A stretch of DNA of 62,146 nt, the filler included. It is 4 parts of 4 records of this genome, joined end to end, with 100 filler letters (N's around TTAATTAATTAA, not from the genome) between each part and the next. Parts side by side here need not be neighbours in the genome. Positions count along the whole stretch, not along the records: positions 46,931 to 54,686 come from SRR31156797_3123; positions 54,787 to 62,146 come from SRR31156797_3131; 2 more parts are not named here. One strand, given 5' to 3'. The position numbers and the translations under genes are program-made. Below, one piece after another: positions 50,699-60,483 of the stretch. Each line of letters starts with the position of its first letter. Position 1 is the first letter of the stretch. The notes beneath the pieces were generated by a model, which was not told where the DNA came from, did no database searches, and worked only from the letters and a program-made list of their open reading frames with translations.

Positions 50699-51868
50699 TC
50701 AACCGACAGGCAAAATCAAATCCTCCAGGCTGTCCGGGGCCTGGGTCATGGATACACACCCGTCTTCCGTGACCAGCACGGTGTCGGAATGACGATAACC
50801 GCCCACGCCTTCGACATAAACGCCCGGTTCAATGCTTATGACCATGTTTTTCTCCAAAACGTGATCGCTGCCCAAGGCTATCCAGGGCGGTTCGTGCCCG
50901 GTGATGCCGAATCCGTGCCCTGTCCGGTGCAGGATATTATCTTCATAGCCGGCGTCTTTAATAATCCTCAATACTTGATCATCCACGTCTTCGCAACGCA
51001 CGCCGGGTTTGATCAGTTCGTAAGCCTTTTGACGGGCTTCCATGGACAGGTCGAACATTTTTCTGGCTTCGTCCGTAACGCTGTTCAGAAAGTATGTCCT
51101 TTCCAATTCAGCCGAATAGCCGTTTGTTTGCGCCACTATTATGCAAACATTAGGCCCACCGTCTTCAAGACCGTCAAACAGCCCGGGAATGGAATGGGGC
51201 TGGGCCGACAGGGACTTGGGCCAGACCGCGGCCGTGAAATTGCACATCAGCAAATTAACGTCGGGAATCTCCATCACCGTTTTGACCATCATTTCCTTGC
51301 TTACTTCACTGTAAAGCGTGGCCACCTGGACGCCCGGCTTTGACAATTCAAGAACCTTGGCCATGCCGTGATTCACTACCTGGCAGGCATGAGCGATCCT
51401 GCCGATTTCATAGTCTGTTTTCACCAGGCGCGCGTCGTCGACCACGTCCACAACCTTGATTTTGCCCGGAATAGTTTTTTGCAGCGCGATTGAAAGAGAA
51501 GATTCTATCCCCACGGTTTTATCCGCGCCCACAACCCTGTTCAATGCGTCCACAAAGGTCTTGCCCGTAGGCGCCGGGTATTCGTAGTAGGTTACATAGT
51601 CCACGTCTATAAGGATTCTCTGTTCCGCGTGGCTGACTTCCAACAAAGGCACGATCAAACAGGGCTTGCCTTCAGCGGGCACGATCAGAAAAAAAGGTCT
51701 TTCCATCGGGATGTAAGCGAAATTTGTCAGATAATAAACATTGTCGGTATGGGCGGTGACATAATAGTCCAGCCCCTCTTTTTTCATCAGGGACCGGACC
51801 TTGTTCATCCGAAATTCCAATTCATCCTTTGAAGGCGGGCCAGTTAAGGCTTCGATGGTTGCTCCCAT
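50699..51868 (-). CDS. M24-family hydrolase with non-canonical metal-ligand positions
   Basis: PH, GYSAELERT, HRTGHGFG..HEPP, SIEPG and GYRHSDT. Confidence 0.88.
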   Translation of the reverse strand: MGATIEALTGPPSKDELEFRMNKVRSLMKKEGLDYYVTAHTDNVYYLTNFAYIPMERPFFLIVPAEGKPCLIVPLLEVSHAEQRILIDVDYVTYYEYPAPTGKTFVDALNRVVGADKTVGIESSLSIALQKTIPGKIKVVDVVDDARLVKTDYEIGRIAHACQVVNHGMAKVLELSKPGVQVATLYSEVSKEMMVKTVMEIPDVNLLMCNFTAAVWPKSLSAQPHSIPGLFDGLEDGGPNVCIIVAQTNGYSAELERTYFLNSVTDEARKMFDLSMEARQKAYELIKPGVRCEDVDDQVLRIIKDAGYEDNILHRTGHGFGITGHEPPWIALGSDHVLEKNMVISIEPGVYVEGVGGYRHSDTVLVTEDGCVSMTQAPDSLEDLILPVG

Positions 51869-51916
51869 TGCTTCCTCCTCAAAAAACTCAATATATTAAT
51901 AATATTATAATTTAGC

Positions 51917-52627
51917 CTAATACTCCGATGGATCGAATTCCAGTCCGAGCTTGTTTAAAAGATCCAGAATCTGATTCTGATAAAATAAAAAAGGATTATC
52001 GATAATTTGGTTGAATCGGCCCGAGAGCGTCATGGAAATTGCCCCGTGCACCAGGCAGGCGGTGTTAAGGACAATGTTGATGAATTCCACCGGGGCGTCT
52101 ATATCCTGGCGCTGGTTGATTTTATCCAGAAGCACGCGGTATGATTCCGGGATATCATAACCTGACGCCGGCATTCGAAGCTGGCCGCTTCGCCAGGCCT
52201 CTTTGTATAAATCGTTGAATATTTCATAGACCGTTTCCGCTTCCCTCAGGATTTCATCTTCCGGGGGATTAAATCCTGGCACAGTCCTACCGGCGAACAG
52301 ACCGAAAAAATTTGGATTTTCAATAGCCCAATTCCAATAGGCCATGAAAACGGAATATATCCTGCCGGCAATATCCGACTCAGGTTTGCCGTCCCTTGCT
52401 GCTATCAGCGCATTCTGATACGATTTATAGGCTTCGATGATCAGGCTTTTTATGAGTTCGTCGCGACTCTTGTAGTAACTGTAAAAAGCGGGCGGGGTCA
52501 TGCCCATTTTTTTGGCAATGCCGTTGACGGTCACTTCGTCCGGGCCGCTTTCCTTTATAATCTCCCAGGCAATGGCTTTTATCTCATCAATAGTCGCCTG
52601 CCTGACTCTTTCGCGTCGATTCATCAT
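51917..52627 (-). CDS. TetR-family regulator
   Basis: IAKKMGMTPPAFYSYYKSRDEL HTH; C-terminal ..VHG motif resembling WHG-type TetRs. Confidence 0.88.
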   Translation of the reverse strand: MMNRRERVRQATIDEIKAIAWEIIKESGPDEVTVNGIAKKMGMTPPAFYSYYKSRDELIKSLIIEAYKSYQNALIAARDGKPESDIAGRIYSVFMAYWNWAIENPNFFGLFAGRTVPGFNPPEDEILREAETVYEIFNDLYKEAWRSGQLRMPASGYDIPESYRVLLDKINQRQDIDAPVEFINIVLNTACLVHGAISMTLSGRFNQIIDNPFLFYQNQILDLLNKLGLEFDPSEY

Positions 52628-53297
52628 TTATCAGCCTCTTTTTCAACAATTATTCGAACAAGGGTATTCCCTTTGAAGCATTTAATTTTATGAACATTAA
52701 TATTATTTAATAGCAGTAAGTAAAATTAATACCGTAAATCAGCTGAGCTGTCAAGGCGAATATTAAAACTAAGCGATAGGCGGCTATGTACCTGAAATTT
52801 AAATAGTTGACACCCATTACTATTTATAATGGCTGATAAGAAAAGGGGCGATTATCTAAGGTTGGAGATTAAAACCCATAACAGACGCGCTTTTCAAATT
52901 TATAAAAATTGGGTGTCAATTGACTTTTATCTAAGATGGAAAGTTTAAAATGCATTTTATGGCTGATGATTTTTATCCGGGCGCCCAATCATGAGATTCT
53001 TGCGTTAGTGTATTTTAGTATAAAATATATTATTAAAAATATAAGTAAATGACTTTTTAAAACAAAAACGCCGACTCGCGGCCTCAAATCCCCGGCAACT
53101 GTTATTAATAAATAAAAATTAAGATGAGTTATCGAGAAAGGCCTCAAGCGTTTTCTTTGAGGGTGGATAGTTATTTTACATTCCAATATTAATTATTAAT
53201 TTATTCTGAGTTATAATAGTTTACGATCGAGAACACAATGCCATATACTGGACTTGATAACGGCTTCCACATAGAAGCGGACTCCCGGAGGATAAAA

Positions 53298-53828
53298 ATG
53301 GATGTTGAATTGATGACCCTTGGATACCTGATGTCCGGGCCGAAAACTGGATACCGAATGAAATCCATCGCCGGAAAAATGATGCTGTTTTACAATGTCA
53401 GCCTCAACCAGATTTATCCAACGCTCAGAAAACTGGAAGAAGCCGGTTATATAAAAAAAGAAATTGTCGTCCAGTTAGGCAAGCCCAACAAGCATATGTA
53501 TTCGGTCACGGATGAAGGCCGGGGTTTTTTTAAAAATAAAATGCTGGCCCCTGCCGTGTGGATGGATATCAATTTTCCATTTTTAGTCAAAGCCCTTTTT
53601 TTCCGCTTTTTGGAAGATGACGAGGTAGACCAGGAATTCGAAAAAGAAATCATGGCACTTGAAGAACAACTGACCGATTTGGAAGAATCAGATGAAAATG
53701 TTTCCACCCAGGCCGACGACCATGGCATTTTCATTTACAACACAGCTCTTTTTATCCTGCGCGGGCTAAAGGACAATTACCAAAGGGAGCTCGACAGGAG
53801 AAAGAGTCGGCGAACCAACGGCAGTTAA
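53298..53828 (+). CDS. PadR-family regulator
   Basis: LG.L..GP.TGY, QIYPTLRKLE and KPNK..YSVTDEGR; start after GGAGG. Confidence 0.9.
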   Translation: MDVELMTLGYLMSGPKTGYRMKSIAGKMMLFYNVSLNQIYPTLRKLEEAGYIKKEIVVQLGKPNKHMYSVTDEGRGFFKNKMLAPAVWMDINFPFLVKALFFRFLEDDEVDQEFEKEIMALEEQLTDLEESDENVSTQADDHGIFIYNTALFILRGLKDNYQRELDRRKSRRTNGS

Positions 53829-53917
53829 TCTAACGGATCAGGGCGTTCTTTATTTGATAACAAAATGGCAGACATCCATTTTTTATAATTACCTAATCTT
53901 TCCTATTTCATAAATAT

Positions 53918-53964
53918 TTGACATAAAAATTATTACGGCGTATATTAATAATGACCGGTCGGTC
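53918..53964 (+). promoter_or_regulatory. Sigma70 promoter and candidate autoregulatory TetR operator
   Basis: TTGACA(53918)-N17-TATATT(53941); palindrome GACCG-GT-CGGTC at 53953-53964. Confidence 0.75.
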
Positions 53965-54004
53965 GGCCACAGATGAGGATTAGGAAAATACTAAAGGATA
54001 TGAC

Positions 54005-54610
54005 ATGGCCCCGAAAATAGTGGATAAACAGTCGCGAAGGGCGGAAATCGCCATAGCAGCCATGGATCTGTTTGTAAAAAAAGGATTCGTCAGTACATCC
54101 ATAAGAGAAATAACATCCGCCGCCGGCATGGGCAAAGGCACATTCTACGATTATTTTGAGAATAAAGAAGACATCCTGGACGAAATCGCCCGCGCAATAT
54201 TGGACCGCTGGCGTGAAATGTACCTGAAAGACCTTGTTAAAACCATGGATCCATTGGAGCAGCTTCGGGCCATGGTTTCCATGTTCGTCAGTGAAGCGGC
54301 TGAATTCGAACCCCTGACGATCATGTATATTGACTTGCTTAGATTGGGGGTCAAGCAGGAAGAAGAGCCCGGATTTATGAGCCGTTTTCGTGAATTTATT
54401 TCCGATGGACGTGCGGCGGCGGCTGAACTAATCGAAAAGGCCAAAGCTTCGGGACGAGTGCGTTCCGATGTTGACTCTGAAGCCATGGCTGCTTCCCTGG
54501 TTGCTTATATAGACGGCCTGGCTTTTCACAAAATGATCTACAGAGACAGGATGGATCTGGACCGTCTCTGGGCGCCGTTTTTCGAAGCCTGGCTGGCCGG
54601 CATTGAATAA
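54005..54610 (+). CDS. TetR/AcrR-family regulator
   Basis: MAPKIVD..., TSIREI..AAGMGKGTFYDYFENKEDIL. Confidence 0.92.
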   Translation: MAPKIVDKQSRRAEIAIAAMDLFVKKGFVSTSIREITSAAGMGKGTFYDYFENKEDILDEIARAILDRWREMYLKDLVKTMDPLEQLRAMVSMFVSEAAEFEPLTIMYIDLLRLGVKQEEEPGFMSRFREFISDGRAAAAELIEKAKASGRVRSDVDSEAMAASLVAYIDGLAFHKMIYRDRMDLDRLWAPFFEAWLAGIE

Positions 54611-54686
54611 AAGCGCCATCAATTGTGAGTTTATAAATCACTTGTCTGAAAATGTGCAAGCTATCTCAAAAAACGAAATATGGTTC

Positions 54687-54786
54687 NNNNNNNNNNNNNN
54701 NNNNNNNNNNNNNNNNNNNNNNNNNNNNNNTTAATTAATTAANNNNNNNNNNNNNNNNNNNNNNNNNNNNNNNNNNNNNNNNNNNN
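54687..54786. other. Artificial contig-joining spacer
   Basis: N44-TTAATTAATTAA-N44. Confidence 0.98.
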
Positions 54787-55056
54787 GAGGCCGACTGGCG
54801 GCTGTTCACCACCCTGGTCCGTTTCGATGCCGTCTATCACGGACATTTCAAATGCAACCGGCGACGGCTGATCGACTACGCGAATCTTTGGGCTTATGTG
54901 CGCGAGCTCTATCAGGTGCCCGGCATCGCTGAAACGGTGCGCATGGATCACATCAAGCCCCACTACTATGCCAGCCACCGAACGATCAATCCGACCGGGA
55001 TCGTACCGACAGGCCCCGATATCGATTTCGACGCACCGCACGGCCGTGACCGATAA
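54787..55056 (+). CDS. yqjG: Glutathionyl-hydroquinone reductase (Xi/omega-class GST), C-terminal fragment; missing from the ORF track
   Basis: Manual translation gives [24 protein letters not shown]...[20 protein letters not shown]. Confidence 0.92.
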   Translation, partial: EADWRLFTTLVRFDAVYHGHFKCNRRRLIDYANLWAYVRELYQVPGIAETVRMDHIKPHYYASHRTINPTGIVPTGPDIDFDAPHGRDR

Positions 55057-55132
55057 GGATCCGTCTGGGGCGGATCGTTCCGTTTTGCGGGAGTGATTCC
55101 GCCGCGATCAATCCCCGGATCGGATGCACGGT

Positions 55133-56263
55133 TCAACCGTCTCCGTCACGAAGGCTCAACACGCCGTAAATGGCGCGCAGCAGGATCAGCTTGTCGCCAA
55201 ACCCGACCGGCTTTGGATCGACGTGATCGAGGCTTTCCACCAGGAATAGACCGGCCCTGCCCGCGGGCAGGGCGCGCGCGAGGCGCCGGCTCTCCGTTTC
55301 CGGGATGATAGGATCGTCGCGTCCGTGGATCAGAAAAAAGCGCTGGGTCAGGCCCGAAAGGTCCCGTGCGCTGAGATCGAGGGCGTTAAAATCCTCCCGC
55401 AACGACCGTGGCAACCTGCCGATCAAGCCGGGCACGCGGGCCGGGTCCTTGTTGTCGATCAGATCGAATACGGCCCGGCCGCCCGGTTTCAGGCCGGCAA
55501 CGAAATGGGAAACGTCGGTGCCCGGATTTCTAATCCGTTCGTCCTTGATGGCGCGCAGCAACGCCCGGTCGTTGCGGTCCCCAAGCCGATCCAGGTTCGA
55601 TTCCAGAAACACCCATTTCCCATAGCTGTTGGGATGCCTGAGGCGCCAGGGCCGGTCGTTGCGTTCCCTATATCTTCCGGTGGTGAAATAGGTGACGACC
55701 TCGGTCAGATCGTGATAGCCGCCGATCAAAAGCAGGAATTCGACGTGACCGTCGGTATCGGATTCGAACAACGAAGCGACGGCCGGCCCGACGGCATAGG
55801 AAATCGCGGCAATACCAAGCGGTCTTAAATCTGGCACATCCGCGGCCAGCCAACGGGCCGCGTCCGAAATCGCCAGCGCATCCTCCGGACGAACCTTCAG
55901 CGCGCGAAGATTGGCAAGGTCCGGCACCAGCACCCGAAAGCGGCCCCGGGCCAGCGTCGTCGCGAAGGCGACCAATCGGGGATCGTCCTTGCCGCCGGGC
56001 GCCACCCCCGGAACCAGAACCAGTGCCGCCTTCGCGCCTTGCGCGGGAAGATAGAGATCGCCCGTGCGGTTACGGCCGTCGACGGCAAAGGCAACCGGTA
56101 TGCGAATCGGAACCGGCGTTTCCGTCTTCAGGATGCTGGGTCTCAAACCGGCATCAATGTCGGCCAGTATCCGGGATGCTTCGCCGAGACGCGCCGAAGA
56201 GCAGCCCGCGAGAGCGCAGGCAAAAGCGAGAACAAACAACGGCGGCAGGCATCGATACGGCAT
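55133..56263 (-). CDS. Alpha/beta-hydrolase-fold lipoprotein
   Basis: Lipobox LAGC; LVLVPG, AISYA nucleophile elbow, HGRDDPIIP and late His. Confidence 0.7.
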   Translation of the reverse strand: MPYRCLPPLFVLAFACALAGCSSARLGEASRILADIDAGLRPSILKTETPVPIRIPVAFAVDGRNRTGDLYLPAQGAKAALVLVPGVAPGGKDDPRLVAFATTLARGRFRVLVPDLANLRALKVRPEDALAISDAARWLAADVPDLRPLGIAAISYAVGPAVASLFESDTDGHVEFLLLIGGYHDLTEVVTYFTTGRYRERNDRPWRLRHPNSYGKWVFLESNLDRLGDRNDRALLRAIKDERIRNPGTDVSHFVAGLKPGGRAVFDLIDNKDPARVPGLIGRLPRSLREDFNALDLSARDLSGLTQRFFLIHGRDDPIIPETESRRLARALPAGRAGLFLVESLDHVDPKPVGFGDKLILLRAIYGVLSLRDGDG

Positions 56264-56295
56264 ACGCGCCTCCGCAGGGTTATGTCTGAGGCGGG

Positions 56296-57414
56296 CTAGC
56301 CGGGGAAATCAAGGTTGAGTTCGGCCGCCAGACCGCGCAAGTCCCTGATCATGGTTGGCGGCAACGGGATACCGTGCCGACTGCGTTCTGTCTCGACTTT
56401 GGCGCCGCGTTCTCCCGGATAGCGCACGCGATCGAAACCGGGCGCCGGTTTCGATGATGTAAGTCGATCGATCAAATCGTCCATTCGGCTTTGGAACTCG
56501 CTCAAAGACAGGAAGACCGAGGGATCAAGAGCCATCAGAAAATTTCCCGAATTTGCGGCCCGGTCCTGGTTCGAAAGCAGATCCAGCACCTGTCCGCCAA
56601 AAGCGGCGCCCGACATGACCCCGGCCAGCACCTCGACCGCCATGGCCAGGCCGGATCCCTTCGCCCCGCCGGATGGCAGGGCGCTGCCGTCCAGCGCCAC
56701 GGCAGGGTCCGTCGTCGGATTGCCGTCGGAATCGACGGCCCAACCTTCGGGAATGGACTCACCCAATTCCATGGCGAGACGGAATTTCCGCCGGGCCGCC
56801 GCACTGGTCGCCATGTCGAGCACGAACGGCGCCCTTTCGCCGGCCGGCGCGGCAATGGAAATCGGATTGGTGCCGAACATCTTCTCGCTTCCGCCATAGG
56901 GCGTGACATGCGGCGAGCAATTGACCATGGCAACGCCGATAAAACCTTCGTTGACCGCCATCAGCGGATAAAGGCAGGCCGCGCCCAAATGATTGCTGTT
57001 ACGAATGCTGGCGACACCGATGCCAAGACCGCGAACCGATTCAAGAACGGCACGCATCGCTTTGGTCGCGGCGACGTGCCCAAATCCGTTGTCGGCGTCG
57101 ACCGACCATGCCCAGGGCGCCCGCCGCTCGATTTTCATCTGTGGGCGGACGTTGACGCGGCCGTCCTTCAGATTGCACACGTAATTGGGCAGACAGCCGA
57201 CACCATGCGTATCGATGCCGCGCAGATGAGCCCCGATCAGGCAATTCGCCATGATGTCGGCGTCGCTTTCCGACATTCCAAGGCGTTCACAGACATCTCT
57301 GACAAACCCGGACAGGGCTTCGACGGCGATCGTTTCAGCCCGCCCCCCCGACCGATCGTTCGCGTCAATCGGCGCGCTTGGTACGATTCCGGCTTCGGCC
57401 CCGGATGTCATCAC
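56296..57414 (-). CDS. Ldh_2-family (malate/lactate/sulfolactate-type) oxidoreductase
   Basis: RGIDTHG, NHLGA, GTNPIS, LDMATS, GGAKGSGL and YPGE motifs. Confidence 0.9.
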   Translation of the reverse strand: MMTSGAEAGIVPSAPIDANDRSGGRAETIAVEALSGFVRDVCERLGMSESDADIMANCLIGAHLRGIDTHGVGCLPNYVCNLKDGRVNVRPQMKIERRAPWAWSVDADNGFGHVAATKAMRAVLESVRGLGIGVASIRNSNHLGAACLYPLMAVNEGFIGVAMVNCSPHVTPYGGSEKMFGTNPISIAAPAGERAPFVLDMATSAAARRKFRLAMELGESIPEGWAVDSDGNPTTDPAVALDGSALPSGGAKGSGLAMAVEVLAGVMSGAAFGGQVLDLLSNQDRAANSGNFLMALDPSVFLSLSEFQSRMDDLIDRLTSSKPAPGFDRVRYPGERGAKVETERSRHGIPLPPTMIRDLRGLAAELNLDFPG

Positions 57415-58001
57415 ATCACATAGGCGCCGGCATGGGCGCGGATGTTTTTCTCCATCTCGGCATTGAAATCGCGCATCAAGGCTTCGACCAACTCAAACCA
57501 AAGCTGGTCCCGCGCGTTGATGGAGGCATCCTCGCCCTGCGTACGCGATCGGCTGACGCGGGCGCTGGCAAAGGCCTTGCGGAAACCCCGGTCATCGAAG
57601 ATTTCGAGCATTCCGGCGACGGTGGCGTCATAGCGCACGGCCTGCTCGGTTCTGAACGCGCCGGCAATACCGGGTTTCACCGTAAGCGGCGTTTCGATGA
57701 CGGCGCCGTCGCTGATGGTAAATCGCGCGACATTGTCGACGCCTTTTGCCGCGATGCGGTCTGCAATCCAACGCTTGAGCGCCGTCTCGGGAGAGGTCGG
57801 GATCAAGTGCTCGACATTCGGTGCCTTCAACGGTGAAGCATATTCGGAGACGACTTGGATATTGGCCACATTCAGCCCAATTTGCGGCATGTGGGTAAAT
57901 GTGATTTGAGGCAATCGTTGAACGGGAATTGGCGTCTCGCAGGCCGCCAGCGCCAGCCCGACGAGAAGCAACGCAAAGATCCGTCGAAAAATATTTGTCA
58001 T
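57411..58001 (-). CDS. Conserved alphaproteobacterial lipoprotein of unknown function
   Basis: Lipobox LAAC; PNVEH..P..P...W..DR motif; start set at MTNIFRR. Confidence 0.7.
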   Translation of the reverse strand: MTNIFRRIFALLLVGLALAACETPIPVQRLPQITFTHMPQIGLNVANIQVVSEYASPLKAPNVEHLIPTSPETALKRWIADRIAAKGVDNVARFTISDGAVIETPLTVKPGIAGAFRTEQAVRYDATVAGMLEIFDDRGFRKAFASARVSRSRTQGEDASINARDQLWFELVEALMRDFNAEMEKNIRAHAGAYVM

Positions 58002-58035
58002 GGCAACTGCAGTTTCGCACGGGTGCCGACGCCCA

Positions 58036-58962
58036 TCAAGATGGGTAAAGCGCGGCAAGGGTTTTCCCTTCAAAACAATACTCGGACTGGCAGAATTCGC
58101 AGGTCACGGCAATACGGCCGTCCTCGATCATGGAATCGATCTCGTCAGAAGGAAATGACGACAACGTCGCCGCCACGCGTTCCTTGGAACATGAGCAGGC
58201 GTGTCGGATTTCGCGTGTGCGAAAAAGGCGCACGCCGTCTTCGTGATACAGGCGATAGAGAAGAGAAGACGCCTCCAGCGTCGGATCGAGCAATTCCTTC
58301 GGCGTCGCGCTGCTGGTCAGAACGACGGCCCGGCGCCAGTCATCGTCGTGGTCCCGCAAATCGGCGCCGTCGACGGCGACCGTTTGATCCTGATCGGATG
58401 CCACCCGTTGGATCATGAGGGCCGAAGCGCCGATCCTTTCCCCGCACGAACCGACAGCCAATGAAATGGCGGTTTCCAGGGGCTCGGATTGCCGGAAATA
58501 GCTATGAGCGCAATCGGCGAGGCGGGCCCCGGTCAACTCCGTGATGCCCTGATACTGCTGTCTGTTCGGCCCGTGGTCGACGGTAACGGCCAAACGCCCG
58601 GCACCGAGAAGGCGCGGCACCGGCGACCCGCCGACATCACCGGCCGCCTTAACGCCATCCGCATCGTATCGGGCGTACCCCCGAAGGTTCCCGTCATGGG
58701 TCATATCGGCAACCAGTATGCTGACGGGTCCGTTGCCTTGCGCCTGCGTCTTGAATACGCCTTCGAACTTCAAGGCGCTTCCAAGAACGACGGTAAGGGC
58801 CAGAAATTCACCCATCAGTTCCGCCACCGGTTCGGGATATCGGCCCCGACCGGCGATTTCGTCGATCGATGAACCAAGCCGGACCAGTCGCCCCCGCAGC
58901 CCCAGATCCTCGATCAGAAAAGGCTGAATTTGATCCGAAAGAACTGGGCCGGGGTCGGACAT
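58036..58962 (-). CDS. hslO: Hsp33 redox chaperone
   Basis: RGRLVRL, YQGI, YFRQSE and the CSCS...CEFC zinc motif. Confidence 0.95.
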   Translation of the reverse strand: MSDPGPVLSDQIQPFLIEDLGLRGRLVRLGSSIDEIAGRGRYPEPVAELMGEFLALTVVLGSALKFEGVFKTQAQGNGPVSILVADMTHDGNLRGYARYDADGVKAAGDVGGSPVPRLLGAGRLAVTVDHGPNRQQYQGITELTGARLADCAHSYFRQSEPLETAISLAVGSCGERIGASALMIQRVASDQDQTVAVDGADLRDHDDDWRRAVVLTSSATPKELLDPTLEASSLLYRLYHEDGVRLFRTREIRHACSCSKERVAATLSSFPSDEIDSMIEDGRIAVTCEFCQSEYCFEGKTLAALYPS

Positions 58963-58994
58963 CTCAAGTATTTTCCGTTTTCCGGCCGAACGGA

Positions 58995-59564
58995 CTATTC
59001 GGCCTGATCACCCGGTTTGCCCAGCCCGTGCCGCGTCATCGTCGGCACCTGCGAAAGGGCAAAGGCAATCGTCAGGCCCATAATTCCGAACACCTTGAAG
59101 GTTACCCAGAAATCGGTGCTTTGGGTCCGCCAGACCGCTTCGTTCAGGCCGGCCATGACAAGAAAGAACAGACCGTAACGAAGCGTCAGCTTGCGCCAGC
59201 CTTCCTCGTCCATGGAAATGGTCTTGCCAAGCAGCATTTTCAAAAGCGGATGCCCCGTCGCCATGCCCCCGAACAACACCAACGCGAAAAGCACCTGGAC
59301 GATGGTCGGCTTCATCTTGATGAAGGTCTCGTCCTGCAACCACAGGGTCAGGCCGCCGAAGACACCGACGATAGCCGCCGTAATCAACGGCATCGCCGGC
59401 ACCCGTCGTTCGACAACCAGGGAAAGAACCAGCACCACGGCCGTTGTCGCCATCAACGCCGCCGTCGCAACGAACAGGTCGGCCGTGTAATAGGCGGCGA
59501 AAAAAACGACCAGCGGCCCGTAATCGACCGCCGGACGCAACCAAGTCGGAGGGGTTCGGCTCAT
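58995..59564 (-). CDS. yciB: Inner membrane septation protein A
   Basis: DYGPL..FF, FGGLTL...DETFIKMKPT and LNE.VWR..STDFWV.FKVFG; start after GAGGAG. Confidence 0.93.
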   Translation of the reverse strand: MSRTPPTWLRPAVDYGPLVVFFAAYYTADLFVATAALMATTAVVLVLSLVVERRVPAMPLITAAIVGVFGGLTLWLQDETFIKMKPTIVQVLFALVLFGGMATGHPLLKMLLGKTISMDEEGWRKLTLRYGLFFLVMAGLNEAVWRTQSTDFWVTFKVFGIMGLTIAFALSQVPTMTRHGLGKPGDQAE

Positions 59565-59574
59565 TCTCCTCGCC

Positions 59575-60483
59575 TCATATGCCCAGGCACCAGGCCAGCA
59601 CGCCCTTCTGGGCATGCAGGCGGTTTTCGGCTTCGTCCCAGACCACCGATTGCGGGCCGTCCATAACCTCGTCGGTGACCTCGTCGCCGCGATGGGCCGG
59701 CAGGCAATGCATGAAGACGGCTTCCGGACTGGCCTCGGCCATCAGGGCCGAATCGACGCGATACGGCGTCAACATATTGTGGCGCGTGCCTGCGTCCTTA
59801 TCGCCCATCGATACCCAGGTATCGGTGACCACCACGTCGGCACCGGCGACCGCCGCGTGCGGATCGGGGGTCAAAACCACGTTGCCGCCATTTTTCGCCG
59901 CCCACTCGAGCACCTTCTTGGATGGCTGCAGTTGCTCGGGACAGGCCAAACGGATCTCAAAGCCGAAAATAACGGCGGCGTGAATCCACGACGAAGCGAC
60001 GTTGTTTCCGTCACCGCACCAGGCAACCGTGCGGCCGCCGATGGAACCCAAGTGCTCCTCCGCCGTCATGATATCGGCCATGATCTGGCACGGATGGGAA
60101 TCGTCGGTCAGGCCGTTGATCACAGGGATACTGGCAAACGAGGCCAATTCATCCATGCGTTCGGTTTCACTTGTGCGGATCATGATCGCATCGGCATAGC
60201 GCGACAAAACACGGGCGGTATCGGCAATGGTCTCGCCGCGCCCCAATTGCGATTCCTGGGTGCCCAGCACAACCGCGCGCCCACCCAGTTGCTGAACCCC
60301 GACCTCGAAGCTGACGCGGGTTCGGGTCGACGGTTTTTCGAAGATCATCACCAGGGTCTTGCCGAACCACGGGGAGGTCTCGATGTCCTTGCCGAGTTTG
60401 TAGGCGGTTCCTTCGTCCAGCATCAGCCGGAGCGTCGCCTCGTCGAAATCGCTGAGGTCGAGGAAGTGATTGGGTGCGGTCAT
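59575..60483 (-). CDS. argF: Ornithine carbamoyltransferase
   Basis: [20 protein letters not shown] and HCLP motifs. Confidence 0.97.
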   Translation of the reverse strand: MTAPNHFLDLSDFDEATLRLMLDEGTAYKLGKDIETSPWFGKTLVMIFEKPSTRTRVSFEVGVQQLGGRAVVLGTQESQLGRGETIADTARVLSRYADAIMIRTSETERMDELASFASIPVINGLTDDSHPCQIMADIMTAEEHLGSIGGRTVAWCGDGNNVASSWIHAAVIFGFEIRLACPEQLQPSKKVLEWAAKNGGNVVLTPDPHAAVAGADVVVTDTWVSMGDKDAGTRHNMLTPYRVDSALMAEASPEAVFMHCLPAHRGDEVTDEVMDGPQSVVWDEAENRLHAQKGVLAWCLGI

